Below, piece by piece: positions 14,901 through 24,839 of a DNA stretch of 36,198 nt. The position numbers and the translations under genes were made by a program. The DNA comes from Kiritimatiellia bacterium (lineage in GTDB: Bacteria; Verrucomicrobiota; Kiritimatiellia; RFP12; UBA3636): assembly GCA_051884735.1 (NCBI GenBank), contig JBJEVW010000263.1, positions 1-36,198 on the forward strand, written 5' to 3'. The notes beneath the pieces are model-generated. The model saw only the letters and a program-made list of their open reading frames with translations. It did not search any database and was not told where the DNA came from. Position 1 is the first letter of the stretch, and the number at the start of each line of letters is the position of its first letter.

Positions 14901-16208
14901 TTACATTCCCGTGTAGGCGCGAATGGATTTGCCGATGCGTTCGAGCGTGCGGGCGCGTTCGGCGTCATCGGGCTGAAGCAGCGTGATGCGGAAACCGGGC
15001 ACGTCGGTATGGAAGCCGGTGAGCGGTGTGACGCAGACGCCTTCGGAGCCCATCATGTATTGGACAAAGCGTTTGTCGAGCGCAACGCCTTCGGAGCATT
15101 TTTCGACATACGCCCGGATGGCAGGATCGGCGATCGGGAGGGTCTGGCGGTCGCTGAGAACACCATCCTCGAAGGTTACGCAATAGTAGAATGCACCCTG
15201 GACCGGACGCGCGATGACGCCGGGAACATGGTCGCGGAAATATTCGTACACCTGATTGGCGCGGCGCTCGAACATTTTGGCACGGCTGTTTTTGACCTCC
15301 ATGTAACGCGGATCTCCGTACACGTGCGGAATGACCTTTTGCGGGAGCGTGGTGGAGCAGACTTCCATCATCTTGCTCTTCACGAGGGCATCGCAATACT
15401 CGCGAAATGCGGGCGAAGAATCCTTGTTGAGCATTTCAATCCAGCCGCACCGGGAGCCGGGCCACGGAAAATCCTTGGAAATGCCGCGGAGGGCGAGGCC
15501 CGGAACATCGCCGATGATCTGGGAGAGATGGAGCGTCTCGGCGCCATTGAAACAGATGTGGGCGTAAATCTCGTCGCAGATGATGAACAACCCATACTTG
15601 GAGGCGATCTTGACGATGCCTTCGAGAATGTCGCGGCGGTAGACGGTTCCTGTCGGATTGTCGGGATTGACAATGGCAATGGCGACAATCTGGGGATTGT
15701 ACTTGACCTTGTTTTCGATTTCCTCCAGATCCGGCTGCCAGTTGTTCTTGGGGTCGAGCTTGAACTGCAGATGCGGATAATCGCCGCGCTTGCCTTCATT
15801 GGAGGTGTGCGTGGGATAGGAGGGCGAGGGCATCAAGACGCGCCCGTCCTTTTTGATGAGGTCGTAAATCTTGTCGACCGCGTCGGCGACGCCATTGAAA
15901 AAGAGAATGTCGTCGGGACCGATTTTGACGCTGTTTTCGCGCTTGGAAACGACATCGGCGAGAAATTCGCGCGTGGAGAGGATGCCGCGGCTGGGACAAT
16001 ACGCGAAGGAACTGTCGTCGCGCTCGACGATTTCGCGGACGATTTCTTTGATCCAAGGTGCCACCTTTTCGCCGGCAGCGACGGGATCGCCAATGTTTTC
16101 CCACGTGATGGGGCGTCCCATGTCACGCAGACGATAACCGAAATCCACGATTTCGCGAATTTCGTAATGGAGGTTTTTGATGCCTTCGTGGACAATGCTT
16201 TGATTCAT
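14901..16208 (-). CDS. Class I/II PLP-dependent aminotransferase (AlaA-like), 435 aa
   Basis: LHYEIREIVDFGYRLRDMGRPITWENIGDP is an AlaA-type N-terminus. VNPDNPTG and the PLP-lysine context GISKDFPWPGSRCGW are present. The track ORF begins at a TTG (16220); I prefer the ATG at 16208 (MNQSIV). Confidence 0.85.
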   Translation of the reverse strand: MNQSIVHEGIKNLHYEIREIVDFGYRLRDMGRPITWENIGDPVAAGEKVAPWIKEIVREIVERDDSSFAYCPSRGILSTREFLADVVSKRENSVKIGPDDILFFNGVADAVDKIYDLIKKDGRVLMPSPSYPTHTSNEGKRGDYPHLQFKLDPKNNWQPDLEEIENKVKYNPQIVAIAIVNPDNPTGTVYRRDILEGIVKIASKYGLFIICDEIYAHICFNGAETLHLSQIIGDVPGLALRGISKDFPWPGSRCGWIEMLNKDSSPAFREYCDALVKSKMMEVCSTTLPQKVIPHVYGDPRYMEVKNSRAKMFERRANQVYEYFRDHVPGVIARPVQGAFYYCVTFEDGVLSDRQTLPIADPAIRAYVEKCSEGVALDKRFVQYMMGSEGVCVTPLTGFHTDVPGFRITLLQPDDAERARTLERIGKSIRAYTGM

Positions 16209-16277
16209 GACAGAACTCAAACCGGAAAGATCGCACGCGCCGGGAGCGACCGGAAAAATCGAAAAAAAAGAACCGCG

Positions 16278-17147
16278 CTAGACGGAGAGGGTGGCGGTGG
16301 CGGCTTTGATGGTGTTGCGCAGGAGCATGGCAATGGTCATGGGTCCGACACCACCGGGAACAGGGGTAATGAGAGACGCCACCGGCTCGATATCCTCGAA
16401 ATCGACATCGCCGACGAGGCGAAAACCGGATTTGCGGCTCGCATCCGGAATGCGATTGACGCCAACATCGATGACAACTGCGCCGGGCTTGACTTGTCCG
16501 GCGACAATGGTATGCGGATGACCGGCAGCGACAATCAGGATATCGGCCTCGCGCGTGACGGTCCCCAGATCCTTTGTGGCCGTATGGCAAAGCGTAACGG
16601 TGGCATCCGCGCCCTTGCGGGAAAGCAGCAATGCCATGGGCTTGCCGACAATGTTGCTGCGGCCGACGACAACGGCGCGCTTCCCGGCCGTCTCGACGCC
16701 GCTGCGGCGCAACAGCTCCATGATGCCCGCCGGCGTACAGGGCACAAACGTATCCAATCCAAGCAAGAGCTTGCCGAGGGAGATGGGATGGAATCCGTCA
16801 ACATCTTTCTCGGGTGCGATGGCGCGGATGATTTTCTGCTCATCGAAACCGCGCGGAAGCGGCAGCTGAACCAGAATGCCGTGCACGCGCGGATCGCCGT
16901 TGAGCCGGGCAATGGTGTCCAGAAGGGTCTGCTCTGTGGTGTCCGCAGGAAGCCGGATCGGGAAGGAGGCGATGCCGCACTCGACGCACGCCCGTTCTTT
17001 TGCCGTCACGTACGAGACAGAGGCGGGATTGTCGCCAAGGAGAATGACCGCAAGACCGGGATGAACCCCGCGTGCAACCAGTCCGGATGCCGCCGCCGTG
17101 ACTTCGGCGCGGATGTCGGCGGCAATTTGTTTTCCATCGATACGCAT
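16278..17147 (-). CDS. folD: Bifunctional 5,10-methylenetetrahydrofolate dehydrogenase/cyclohydrolase FolD, 289 aa
   Basis: MRIDGKQIAADIRAEV...PGLAVILLGDNPASVSYV...GILVQLPLP...EKDVDGFHP...VVGRSNIVGKPMALLL...PVPGGVGPMTIAMLL. The upstream 175 codons of the track ORF are rejected. Confidence 0.93.
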   Translation of the reverse strand: MRIDGKQIAADIRAEVTAAASGLVARGVHPGLAVILLGDNPASVSYVTAKERACVECGIASFPIRLPADTTEQTLLDTIARLNGDPRVHGILVQLPLPRGFDEQKIIRAIAPEKDVDGFHPISLGKLLLGLDTFVPCTPAGIMELLRRSGVETAGKRAVVVGRSNIVGKPMALLLSRKGADATVTLCHTATKDLGTVTREADILIVAAGHPHTIVAGQVKPGAVVIDVGVNRIPDASRKSGFRLVGDVDFEDIEPVASLITPVPGGVGPMTIAMLLRNTIKAATATLSV

Positions 17148-17218
17148 AAGCTGGAGAAAGTGGTGTGGGTGATGATGTAGCTCTCCGCCAGGGCCATGGC
17201 GAAGAGAAGCGGCAATTG

Positions 17219-18439
17219 TTACAGAATCTTGTCGAGGCGCTCCATGGCGCGTTCGACATTTTCGCGGGAATTGAAGGCCGTGATGCGAATGTAGCCGGCT
17301 CCGGCATTGCCGAAGCCGCTGCCGGGCGTCGTGACGACCTGGGCCTCGTTCAGCAGGCGATCGAAGAAGGCCCAGCTTTCCATCCCGGTATCGAACCAAA
17401 TGTAGGGCGAATTCGCGCCGCCGGTCGTGCGGAAGCCCTTCGCCGCCAAATGGGAGGAGACGATTTTGGCATTGGCCAGATAGCCGGCGATCAACTCGCG
17501 GCACTGGGCCTGTCCCTCCGGGGTGTAAACCGCAGCCGCCGCCAGCTGGACCGGATAGGAGACGCCGTTGAACTTCGTGCTTTGGCGACGTTTCCAGAGA
17601 GGCTGCAACGCAACGGCTTGGCCGGCCGCGTCGAAAGCGCGGCACTCGTCCGGAACGACGCAATAGCCGCAACGTGTTCCGGTGAAGCCTGCCGTCTTGG
17701 AGAAGGAACGGAATTCCACGGCGACTTCTTTGGCGCCGGGAATCTCGTAGATGGAATGCGGAATGGAGGGATCCTGAATGAAAAACTCGTAGGCCGCATC
17801 AAACAGAATGAGGGCGTTGTTCGCTTTTGCCCAATCGACCCAAGCCGCGAGCTGTTCCCGTGTGGCTACTGCACCCGTGGGATTGTTGGGGAAACAGAGA
17901 TAGACGAGATCGACAGGCTCTTTGGGCAAATCGGGAACAAAGCCGTTGGCTTCGTTTCCGACGAGATAGATAAGGCCTTGATACCGGCCGTCCGCCGCTG
18001 CGCCCGTGCGCCCCGCCATGACGTTGGTGTCGACGTAGACGGGATAGACCGGATCCGGTACGCCGACCTTGATGTCGCCATCGAAAATTTCCTGGAAATT
18101 GCCGACATCGCACTTGGCTCCGTCCGAAACAAAAATCTCGTCCGGCGAAATATCGCAGCCTCGCGCCTGAAAATCGACCTTTGCAATGGCTTCGCGGAGA
18201 AAATCATACCCGTAATCGGGTCCATACCCGTGGAAGGTTTCGTCGCACCCTTGCTCGCGAGAACCGCGAATAAGCGCTTCGACGCAAACCTCGGGCAATG
18301 CCTTGGTGACATCGCCAATGCCCAGCCGGATGAGATCGGCTTCGGGGTGGGCGGCTTTATAGGCCTTTACCCTCTGCGCAACTTCCGCAAAAAGGTAATT
18401 GGCTTGAATTTTGGAGTAGTGGGGATTGATGGTGATCAT
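17219..18439 (-). CDS. dapL: LL-diaminopimelate aminotransferase (DapL), 406 aa
   Basis: [49 protein letters not shown] is the characteristic DapL N-terminus. NNPTGAVAT and [15 protein letters not shown] (PLP lysine) are present. Confidence 0.88.
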   Translation of the reverse strand: MITINPHYSKIQANYLFAEVAQRVKAYKAAHPEADLIRLGIGDVTKALPEVCVEALIRGSREQGCDETFHGYGPDYGYDFLREAIAKVDFQARGCDISPDEIFVSDGAKCDVGNFQEIFDGDIKVGVPDPVYPVYVDTNVMAGRTGAAADGRYQGLIYLVGNEANGFVPDLPKEPVDLVYLCFPNNPTGAVATREQLAAWVDWAKANNALILFDAAYEFFIQDPSIPHSIYEIPGAKEVAVEFRSFSKTAGFTGTRCGYCVVPDECRAFDAAGQAVALQPLWKRRQSTKFNGVSYPVQLAAAAVYTPEGQAQCRELIAGYLANAKIVSSHLAAKGFRTTGGANSPYIWFDTGMESWAFFDRLLNEAQVVTTPGSGFGNAGAGYIRITAFNSRENVERAMERLDKIL

Positions 18440-18483
18440 AGTCGGTCGATTCTACCTTCTTTCTTTTTCTCCGACAAGGGGCG

Positions 18484-18660
18484 GCGGTGAACCACCGCGG
18501 GCAGCGGCGAGCCGCTACGGCAAATAGAGCCATTACGCATGCAAGGCCGAACGCGCATTACGCTGCGGCGCGATGGGGACATCGCGCCCTACCGCCCTTA
18601 CGCCCCACCGCCTCCCGACCTCATCGGCTGTCGGGCCTCCCGGCTTGCGCCCTACCGCCC
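18484..18660. repeat. Cluster of REP-like modules between dapL and the AI-2E transporter gene
   Basis: There is a hairpin GCGGTG-AAC-CACCGC at 18484-18498. The 42-nt module A lies in reverse orientation at 18552-18593, with hairpin GGCGCGATG-GGGA-CATCGCGCC at 18567-18588. A module-B-like ATCGGCTGTCGGGCCTCCCGGCTTGCGCCCTACC lies at 18623-18656. GCGCCCTACCGCCC occurs twice (18584-18597 and 18647-18660). Confidence 0.8.
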
Positions 18661-19698
18661 GTCAGCGTCCAAAATCGAACGCTCCGCCCCAAAGAAAAAC
18701 GCGCTGCGGATCGCAACCGTAAAGGGCACGGCAAACAGCATGCCGAGCGGCCCCAGAATCCAACCCCAGAAAATCACCGAAAAGAGGACCAAAACCGGCG
18801 AAACGCCAAATCCTTTTCCAAGCGCCCGCGGCTCGACCACATTACCCAGAAATTGGTTGACGACGAAATACAACACAAGCGTCCATAAGCCCGTCGCAAA
18901 CGTTCCCGAACTGAGCGCCAGCAGAAAACCGACACCCGCCGCAATCACCGATCCGATATACGGCACGAAATTCAGCAGGAACGCCAGCAATGCCAGCAAC
19001 AAGGCCGATTTGACTTGCAACGCTACCAGTCCGAAATAGAGAAAAATGCCGGTGAGCGCGGAAATCACCGTTTTGATGCCGATAAAACGGCGGACATCCC
19101 GCACAAACCGGACGCAAAAGGTCACCTGCTTTGGATAAAGCTTGTGCCAATGGACAAGATGGCGCGGCAAAAACGGAAATTCCATAAGCGCAAAACACAG
19201 CAGAATCAAAACCATGAAAGAATCCGCCAGTGCGCCGGGCAACTTGAAGAGAAGCGCTTTGCTGAAAGCCGCGACTTCATCGGTATTGACATGCAGCATG
19301 CGCGTGAAGAAATCGTCCGGAATGTTGATTTCCTGATCCTGCAGAAAAGCGGTCACGTTCTTCGCCGCGCCAATGAGTTGCTTGTAGTAGACCGGAATGT
19401 TGCGCGAAAGCTCCGTAATCGTGGCAGGCAAAACCAGCAGGATGAAAACCAAGGCGACCAGAATGAAAACGATGACGATGATGCCGATGCTCAGTTTAGG
19501 CGGCACTTTCCATTTGACAAGCACTTCATAAGCCATGGAGAGCAGAATCAGCAGAAATGCAATCGCCAGAATCGTGGTGAGGAGCGATGCCATCGCATGC
19601 AACCCGAGAATGACGATAAAGACCGCCGCTACATAAATCAGAAAGCCCGGAAACCATCTGTTTCCCGCTAGGCCGAAGGAGCCGCCCGTTAGTTTCAT
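18652..19698 (-). CDS. AI-2E family transporter (PerM/YhhT, UPF0118), 348 aa
   Basis: It is a multi-pass membrane protein starting MKLTGGSFGLAGNRWFPGFLIYVAAVFIV. LLNFVPYIGSVIA and VVEPRALGKGFGVSPVLVLFSVIFWGWILGPLGMLFAVP are typical of the family. The ATG at 19698 is chosen because the longer track ORF runs into the rplO terminator. Confidence 0.85.
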   Translation of the reverse strand: MKLTGGSFGLAGNRWFPGFLIYVAAVFIVILGLHAMASLLTTILAIAFLLILLSMAYEVLVKWKVPPKLSIGIIVIVFILVALVFILLVLPATITELSRNIPVYYKQLIGAAKNVTAFLQDQEINIPDDFFTRMLHVNTDEVAAFSKALLFKLPGALADSFMVLILLCFALMEFPFLPRHLVHWHKLYPKQVTFCVRFVRDVRRFIGIKTVISALTGIFLYFGLVALQVKSALLLALLAFLLNFVPYIGSVIAAGVGFLLALSSGTFATGLWTLVLYFVVNQFLGNVVEPRALGKGFGVSPVLVLFSVIFWGWILGPLGMLFAVPFTVAIRSAFFFGAERSILDADGR

Positions 19699-19876
19699 GC
19701 CGAAAGTATACACCCGAGTGCCAAAAACCGCCAGTGGCGAGCCGGCACGGGCAATACGCGAGGGTACTGGAGTGCGCGGCCCACGCTTGCGGCACGGAGG
19801 ACGGTCACACGCTGAGGGTTTTGCAAGGGGCGGTGCCACCCGCCCCGCCGCCACATGCCGCACCACCAGCCCGCGC

Positions 19877-19910
19877 AAAAAAAAGAACCCGCGCAAAAAG
19901 CACGGGCTCT
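19877..19910 (-). terminator. Rho-independent terminator ending the ribosomal super-operon after rplO
   Basis: The minus-strand RNA is AGAGCCCGUGC-UUUUU-GCGCGGGUUCU, an 11-bp stem including two G-U pairs, followed by UUUUUUUU. It lies 26 nt downstream of the rplO stop. Confidence 0.8.
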
Positions 19911-19935
19911 TTTATCGCCGGATAGGCGGGAATCG

Positions 19936-20382
19936 TTAAACGATTTCGACGGTTCCGCCGGCAGCTTCGATCGCAGCCTTGGCCTTTTCGGAGACGGCGT
20001 TTGCCTTCACCTGAAGGTTCTTTGCGGTCAATTCGCCATTGGCGAGAACCTTGAAGCCGCCCTTTTCGAACGACTTGACGAGACCCATCGAGATGAGAGC
20101 GGCGACATCGACCGTCGTACCATCAGCGAACTTGTTCAGCGTGCTGAGGGAGACGGGTGTGTACGCCAAACGGCCGGGGTTCTTGAAGCCGCGCTTCGGG
20201 AGGCGGCGGATGAGAACCATCTGTCCGCCTTCGAAACCGATCTTCCGCTTGTGGCCCTTGCGAGCCATCTGGCCCTTGGTACCCTTGCCGGAAGTACCGC
20301 CCTTGCCGGATGCGTCACCGCGACCAAGACGCTTCGATCTGGTGCGGGAACCGGGCGTCGAGTAAAGATTGGAAAGTTCCAT
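19936..20382 (-). CDS. rplO: 50S ribosomal protein L15
   Basis: MELSNLYSTPGSRTRSKRLGRGDASGKGGTSGKGTKGQ...; synteny after rpsE. Confidence 0.97.
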   Translation of the reverse strand: MELSNLYSTPGSRTRSKRLGRGDASGKGGTSGKGTKGQMARKGHKRKIGFEGGQMVLIRRLPKRGFKNPGRLAYTPVSLSTLNKFADGTTVDVAALISMGLVKSFEKGGFKVLANGELTAKNLQVKANAVSEKAKAAIEAAGGTVEIV

Positions 20383-20394
20383 TTGCGCAACTCC

Positions 20395-20970
20395 TTATTC
20401 AGCCGCAACGGCGGGGGTTTCTTCGACAGGAGCCTCGGCAGCGGGTGCCTCGGCGGCGGGAGCTTCGACGACAGCCGGAGCGCCATGGCGCTCAAGCTGG
20501 ATGGCCTCGGCCGTGCGGAGCTGGGAGAGCGCGTCAAACGTCGCCTTCACAACGTTGAGACGGTTCTTGGAGCCCTGCGACTTGCCGATGACGTTGCGGA
20601 CGCCTGCCATTTCCAAGACAGGACGCATGCCGCCGCCGGCAATCACGCCGGTACCATCGGCAGCCGGCATCAGCAGAACGCGTCCGCCGTCGCACCGGCC
20701 GGAAACGGGGTGCGGAATCGTGACGTCGTCCATGACGATGCGGACCAAACCGCGGCGAGCCGCTTCACCACCCTTGCGGATGGCTTCGGAAACTTCGTTA
20801 GCCTTGCCAAAGCCTAAACCGACGCGGCCCTTGCGGTCACCGACGACGATCACGGCGGAGAACGACATGTGACGGCCGCCCTTCGTGGTCTTGCAGCAAC
20901 GATTCACGAAAACGACGTCTTCCTCGAATTCGGAGTCTTCGCGCTGTTTCTTGAAATCTTCGCGTGCCAT
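20395..20970 (-). CDS. rpsE: 30S ribosomal protein S5 with an Ala/Pro/Glu-rich C-terminal extension
   Basis: VVFVNRCCKTTKGGRHMSFSAVIVVGDRKGRVGLGFGKANEV...; tail APAVVEAPAAEAPAAEAPVEETPAVAAE. Confidence 0.97.
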   Translation of the reverse strand: MAREDFKKQREDSEFEEDVVFVNRCCKTTKGGRHMSFSAVIVVGDRKGRVGLGFGKANEVSEAIRKGGEAARRGLVRIVMDDVTIPHPVSGRCDGGRVLLMPAADGTGVIAGGGMRPVLEMAGVRNVIGKSQGSKNRLNVVKATFDALSQLRTAEAIQLERHGAPAVVEAPAAEAPAAEAPVEETPAVAAE

Positions 20971-21416
20971 TACTTGGCCTCCTTGGTTTTCTTGTTATCC
21001 TTGGCCGGTGCGGCTTCAGCGGCCGAAACGCGCTTCTTGTCGACACCCGTAGGGGTGTAGGGCTCGTCGTTGACCTTCAGGCCGTTGGAGAGCGCGGCCT
21101 CGACGAGGCAGCGGATACGGCCATGGAACTGGAAACCACCGCGGTCGATAACGACCAGAGAGATACCGGCAGCCTTCGCGGCCTCCGCAGCCATTTCGCC
21201 AACCTTGGCGGCCGTTTCCTTGTTGAGGGCGGCCTTGAGGCTGAGAGAAGAGGCGGAAGCGAGCGTACGGCCTGCTTCGTCGTCGATGAACTGAACGTAA
21301 ATGTTCGTGTTCGAGGTGAAGACAGCCATGCGCGGGCGTGCGGCCGTGCCCTGGATCTTCTGGCGAAGACGCAGGTGGCGGCGCCGGCGATAGTCCTTGA
21401 GATTGTTGAGCTTCAT
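20970..21416 (-). CDS. rplR: 50S ribosomal protein L18 with a C-terminal extension
   Basis: RRRRHLRLRQKIQGTAARPRMAVFTSNTNIYVQFIDD...VIDRGGFQFHGRI. The stop shares one nucleotide with the rpsE start (TAATG). Confidence 0.96.
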   Translation of the reverse strand: MKLNNLKDYRRRRHLRLRQKIQGTAARPRMAVFTSNTNIYVQFIDDEAGRTLASASSLSLKAALNKETAAKVGEMAAEAAKAAGISLVVIDRGGFQFHGRIRCLVEAALSNGLKVNDEPYTPTGVDKKRVSAAEAAPAKDNKKTKEAK

Positions 21417-21442
21417 GCTGAAATACTTTCTCCCGTTCAGGG

Positions 21443-21982
21443 TTATGCGACGGTCTTGCCTTCCTTGCGGCGGATCTTCTCGCCCTTGTAGCGGATGCCC
21501 TTGCCCTTGTAGGGTTCGGCCGGGTAGAACGAACGGATATCCGCGGCGACACGACCGACAAGCTCCTTGGAAATGCCGGAGATGTCGAGGTGAAGACCGG
21601 CGTTGCCGACCTTGATCGTCACGCCTTCGGGAATATCATAGAGCTTGGGGTTCGCATAGCCAATCGAGAGGCTAAGCTGCTTGCCCTTAAGTTCAAACTT
21701 GAAACCGACGCCTTCAATGTCCAACTGCTTGGTGTAGCCGGCGGAAACGCCAACGACCATGTTGTGGATAAGCGCGCGGGAAAGGCCGTGGAAAGCCTTT
21801 TCCTGACGGGCGTCGGACGAACGGGAAACGAGAACGAAACCGTCCTTGACTTCTGCGGAGATGCCGGCGGGAAGCTTGTAGGCGAGCTCGCCAAGCTTAC
21901 CCTTGACGGTCACATTGCCATCTGCGATGGAGACCTGGACGCCTTCGGCAACCTTAACGGGTTCTTTACCGATACGAGACAT
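21443..21982 (-). CDS. rplF: 50S ribosomal protein L6
   Basis: MSRIGKEPVKVAEGVQVSIADGNVTVKGKLGEL...PYKGKGIRYKGE. The ATG at 21982 is preferred to the longer track ORF. Confidence 0.96.
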   Translation of the reverse strand: MSRIGKEPVKVAEGVQVSIADGNVTVKGKLGELAYKLPAGISAEVKDGFVLVSRSSDARQEKAFHGLSRALIHNMVVGVSAGYTKQLDIEGVGFKFELKGKQLSLSIGYANPKLYDIPEGVTIKVGNAGLHLDISGISKELVGRVAADIRSFYPAEPYKGKGIRYKGEKIRRKEGKTVA

Positions 21983-21995
21983 GTTTTGAACTCCT

Positions 21996-22391
21996 TTACC
22001 AGACAGTGCAGAGAATTTCACCGCCAAGATGGCGGCGGCGGGCTTCAATGCCGGACATCACACCGGCAGAAGTAGAAACGACGGCAATGCCGAGACCGCC
22101 GAGAACGCGCGGAATTTCCTTCCAGCCGCAGTATTCGCGAAGCCCCGGAGAGGACTTGCGCTCGATGCCGCGGATGACGGGCTTGTTTTCGGCGTTGTAC
22201 TTGAGCTCGATGCGAAGCGTCTTCTTGACATCGCCCTCGACTTCGTAATCGGCGATATACCCTTCCTCCTTGAGGACCTTGATGATGGCGGTCTTCAGGT
22301 TCGAGGAGGGCATTTCGATGATGTCCTGGCCAGCAGCCTGGCCATTGCGGATGCGAGTGAGCATATCCGCGATTGGATCGGACCAACTCAT
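21996..22391 (-). CDS. rpsH: 30S ribosomal protein S8
   Basis: [20 protein letters not shown]...GGEILCTVW. Confidence 0.97.
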   Translation of the reverse strand: MSWSDPIADMLTRIRNGQAAGQDIIEMPSSNLKTAIIKVLKEEGYIADYEVEGDVKKTLRIELKYNAENKPVIRGIERKSSPGLREYCGWKEIPRVLGGLGIAVVSTSAGVMSGIEARRRHLGGEILCTVW

Positions 22392-22412
22392 TTGAATGTT
22401 CTCCTTGTGGGG

Positions 22413-22598
22413 TTACCAGGACGCCTTCGTGACGCCGGGGATTTGACCGGTGAGAGCAAGCTCGCGGAAGCAAATGCGGCAGAGCTTGAACTTCGAGATG
22501 TAGCCGCGGGCACGACCGCAACGGGTGCAGCGGTTATAGGCACGCACGCCAAACTTGGGCTTGCGATTTGCCTTGACCATGAGAGATTTCTTAGCCAT
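22413..22598 (-). CDS. rpsN: 30S ribosomal protein S14, short zinc-binding type Z (61 aa)
   Basis: [48 protein letters not shown], with CxxC...CxxC. Confidence 0.96.
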   Translation of the reverse strand: MAKKSLMVKANRKPKFGVRAYNRCTRCGRARGYISKFKLCRICFRELALTGQIPGVTKASW

Positions 22599-22615
22599 TG
22601 TAATCTGTGCTCCGT

Positions 22616-23155
22616 TTAGCGTCCAATGAAGGGCATGCCGAGACCTTCGAGAAGGGCGCGGGCAGCCTTGTTGTCCTTGGCCGTGGTGACAATCGTGATG
22701 TCCATGCCCTGTTCGGGCGCACCATGACGGGAAAGATCGATTTCAGGAAAAACCGTCTGTTCCTTCAGGCCCATGGAATAGTTGCCGCGGCCGTCAAAGC
22801 CACGAACGGGAATTCCGTGGAAGTCGCGGATACGGGGAAGCGCGATGTTGATGAAACGGTCGAGAAAATCCCACATGCGGTCGCGACGCAGCGTGACGCG
22901 GGCGCCGATGACCATGCCTTCGCGGAGCTTGAAGTTCGAGACGGACTTCTTGGCGGCGCAAAGAACAGGCTTCTGGCCGGAGATACGGGCGAGATCTTCA
23001 ACAACAGACTTCTGGGTATCCTTGTCGACAATACCGAAAGCCATGTTGATGACAATCTTCTCAAGACGGGGCGTCTCCATCGGATTCTTGTATCCGAACT
23101 TCTCCTTGAGGGAGGGAACGACGGTCTCAACGTAAAGTTTCTTAAGATCAGCCAT
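22616..23155 (-). CDS. rplE: 50S ribosomal protein L5
   Basis: [38 protein letters not shown]... Confidence 0.97.
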   Translation of the reverse strand: MADLKKLYVETVVPSLKEKFGYKNPMETPRLEKIVINMAFGIVDKDTQKSVVEDLARISGQKPVLCAAKKSVSNFKLREGMVIGARVTLRRDRMWDFLDRFINIALPRIRDFHGIPVRGFDGRGNYSMGLKEQTVFPEIDLSRHGAPEQGMDITIVTTAKDNKAARALLEGLGMPFIGR

Positions 23156-23164
23156 GGCTACTCC

Positions 23165-23482
23165 TTATTCGAAACGGTGACCCGTACCCTTGGCGACGCG
23201 GACAGACTTGCCGTCCTCGCGAACGTAGGAAACGCGGACACCCTTTTTGGCCTTGGGGTCATAGGGCATGAGATTGGACAGATGGATGGGGGCGGGAACC
23301 TCCAAAATCTGGCCATTGGGAAGCTTCTCATTCTTGCGAATGGTCTTCTTCACCATCTTGACACCCTCGACAACGGCACGTTCAGTCTTGTAGTCGATGG
23401 CAATCACCTTGCCAGTGCTGCCGGCACCGCGACCGGAACGGACGTAGACGACGTCATCCTTCTTGATGCGATGTGTAGCCAT
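23165..23482 (-). CDS. rplX: 50S ribosomal protein L24
   Basis: [30 protein letters not shown]...VEGVKMVKK...PIHLSNL. The start shares one nucleotide with the rplN stop. Confidence 0.95.
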   Translation of the reverse strand: MATHRIKKDDVVYVRSGRGAGSTGKVIAIDYKTERAVVEGVKMVKKTIRKNEKLPNGQILEVPAPIHLSNLMPYDPKAKKGVRVSYVREDGKSVRVAKGTGHRFE

Positions 23483-23847
23483 TAGAGCACCTCCGGAGCA
23501 AGGGAGAGAATCTTGGCGTTGTCGCCTTCGCGGAGTTCGCGCGCAACCGGCCCGAAAATACGGGTTCCGATCGGGGACTTCTTGGCATCGACGATCACGC
23601 AAGCGGAATTGTCAAACTTGATATACGAACCGTCGGGACGGCGGATCGGATAGCCGGTGCGGACGATGATGGCGAGGCAAACCTGCCCCTTCTTCACGGC
23701 GCCGGTGGGCTGCGCTTCCTTGACGGAGACGCGGATGCAGTCGCCCAAGTGGGCATACTTCTTACGCTGGCCGAGGACGCGGAAGCAACGCACGCGGCGT
23801 GCACCCGTATTGTCGGCAACGGCGAGATCAGTACCTTCTTGAATCAT
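23482..23847 (-). CDS. rplN: 50S ribosomal protein L14
   Basis: [26 protein letters not shown]... Confidence 0.97.
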   Translation of the reverse strand: MIQEGTDLAVADNTGARRVRCFRVLGQRKKYAHLGDCIRVSVKEAQPTGAVKKGQVCLAIIVRTGYPIRRPDGSYIKFDNSACVIVDAKKSPIGTRIFGPVARELREGDNAKILSLAPEVL

Positions 23848-23850
23848 GGT

Positions 23851-24183
23851 TTACTTTCCTTCTTCGGCGGCGATCACTTCGGCAGCCTTCAGCTCGGCGG
23901 CGGCCTCGGCGGCACGCACGGAAACGAGAACTTTGGAAAGACGCCAACGCTTGGTCGCGCTGATGGGACGGGTTTCGACGATTTCGACGGTGTCGCCGAC
24001 GGCGGCCTCGTTCTTTTCGTCGTGCGTGTGGTATTTCTTGGTAAGCGTAATCTGCTTGCCATAGATGGGGTGGCGATAGCGACGCTCAACGAGCACCGAA
24101 ATCGTCTTGTCGCCGGACTTCTTGATTACGATACCGCGGCGGACTTTGCGCAGATTGCGCGCCTGTTTCGCTTCTTCGGACAT
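23851..24183 (-). CDS. rpsQ: 30S ribosomal protein S17 with an Ala/Glu-rich C-terminal extension
   Basis: [32 protein letters not shown]...[13 protein letters not shown]; tail [23 protein letters not shown]. Confidence 0.96.
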   Translation of the reverse strand: MSEEAKQARNLRKVRRGIVIKKSGDKTISVLVERRYRHPIYGKQITLTKKYHTHDEKNEAAVGDTVEIVETRPISATKRWRLSKVLVSVRAAEAAAELKAAEVIAAEEGK

Positions 24184-24186
24184 GGC

Positions 24187-24393
24187 TTACTTGTTCTCCT
24201 GGAGCTCGCGTTCGCGGATGACCGTGAGCATACGGGCGGCCTTCCGGCGCAAAATGCGCCGCTTGACGGGATTGGAAGCGACATCGGAAGCGGTCTTCTT
24301 GACGCGCATTTCGAGAATCTGCTTGCCAAGCTCCGCAACCTGAGCCTTGAGTTCCTCAGTGGAGGTTTCGCGGACTTGTTTGATGTTCTTCAT
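24187..24393 (-). CDS. rpmC: 50S ribosomal protein L29
   Basis: MKNIKQVRETSTEELKAQVAELGKQILEMR...; ATG at 24393; synteny between rplP and rpsQ. Confidence 0.93.
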   Translation of the reverse strand: MKNIKQVRETSTEELKAQVAELGKQILEMRVKKTASDVASNPVKRRILRRKAARMLTVIRERELQENK

Positions 24394-24419
24394 AAAAAAG
24401 TGCTTCTCCGGTTGATCGC

Positions 24420-24839
24420 TTAGGCCTGGGGCTGACGGGTGACCATGCAGCAGTGGACTCCGAGCTTTGCGGAGGCGAGACGGAAGGCCTCGCGGGCGAG
24501 AGAGTCGGGAACGCCGGCCAGCTCGAAGAGCATGGTGCCGGGCGTCACGACGGCACACCAGAATTCGGGATCGCCCTTGCCCTTACCCATACGGACTTCA
24601 ATCGGCTTCTTGGAAACCGGCTTGTCCGGAAAGATGCGGACCCAGAGCTTGCCGCGGCGCTTGAGGTGACGGTTGATGCAAACACGGCAGGCTTCGATCT
24701 GGATTGCGGTGATCCAGCCGCGATCAAGGGTCTTCAGACCATAATCGCCCTGAGCCAGCTGCGTATTGCGGGTGGCGAGACCGGAACGAGATCCACGCTG
24801 GACCTTGCGGTGCTTCGTGCGTTTAGGCATTAGCGGCAT
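24420..24839 (-). CDS. rplP: 50S ribosomal protein L16
   Basis: [20 protein letters not shown]...[13 protein letters not shown]. An alternative ATG at 24830 gives MPKRTK. The gene overlaps the 3-prime end of rpsC. Confidence 0.96.
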   Translation of the reverse strand: MPLMPKRTKHRKVQRGSRSGLATRNTQLAQGDYGLKTLDRGWITAIQIEACRVCINRHLKRRGKLWVRIFPDKPVSKKPIEVRMGKGKGDPEFWCAVVTPGTMLFELAGVPDSLAREAFRLASAKLGVHCCMVTRQPQA

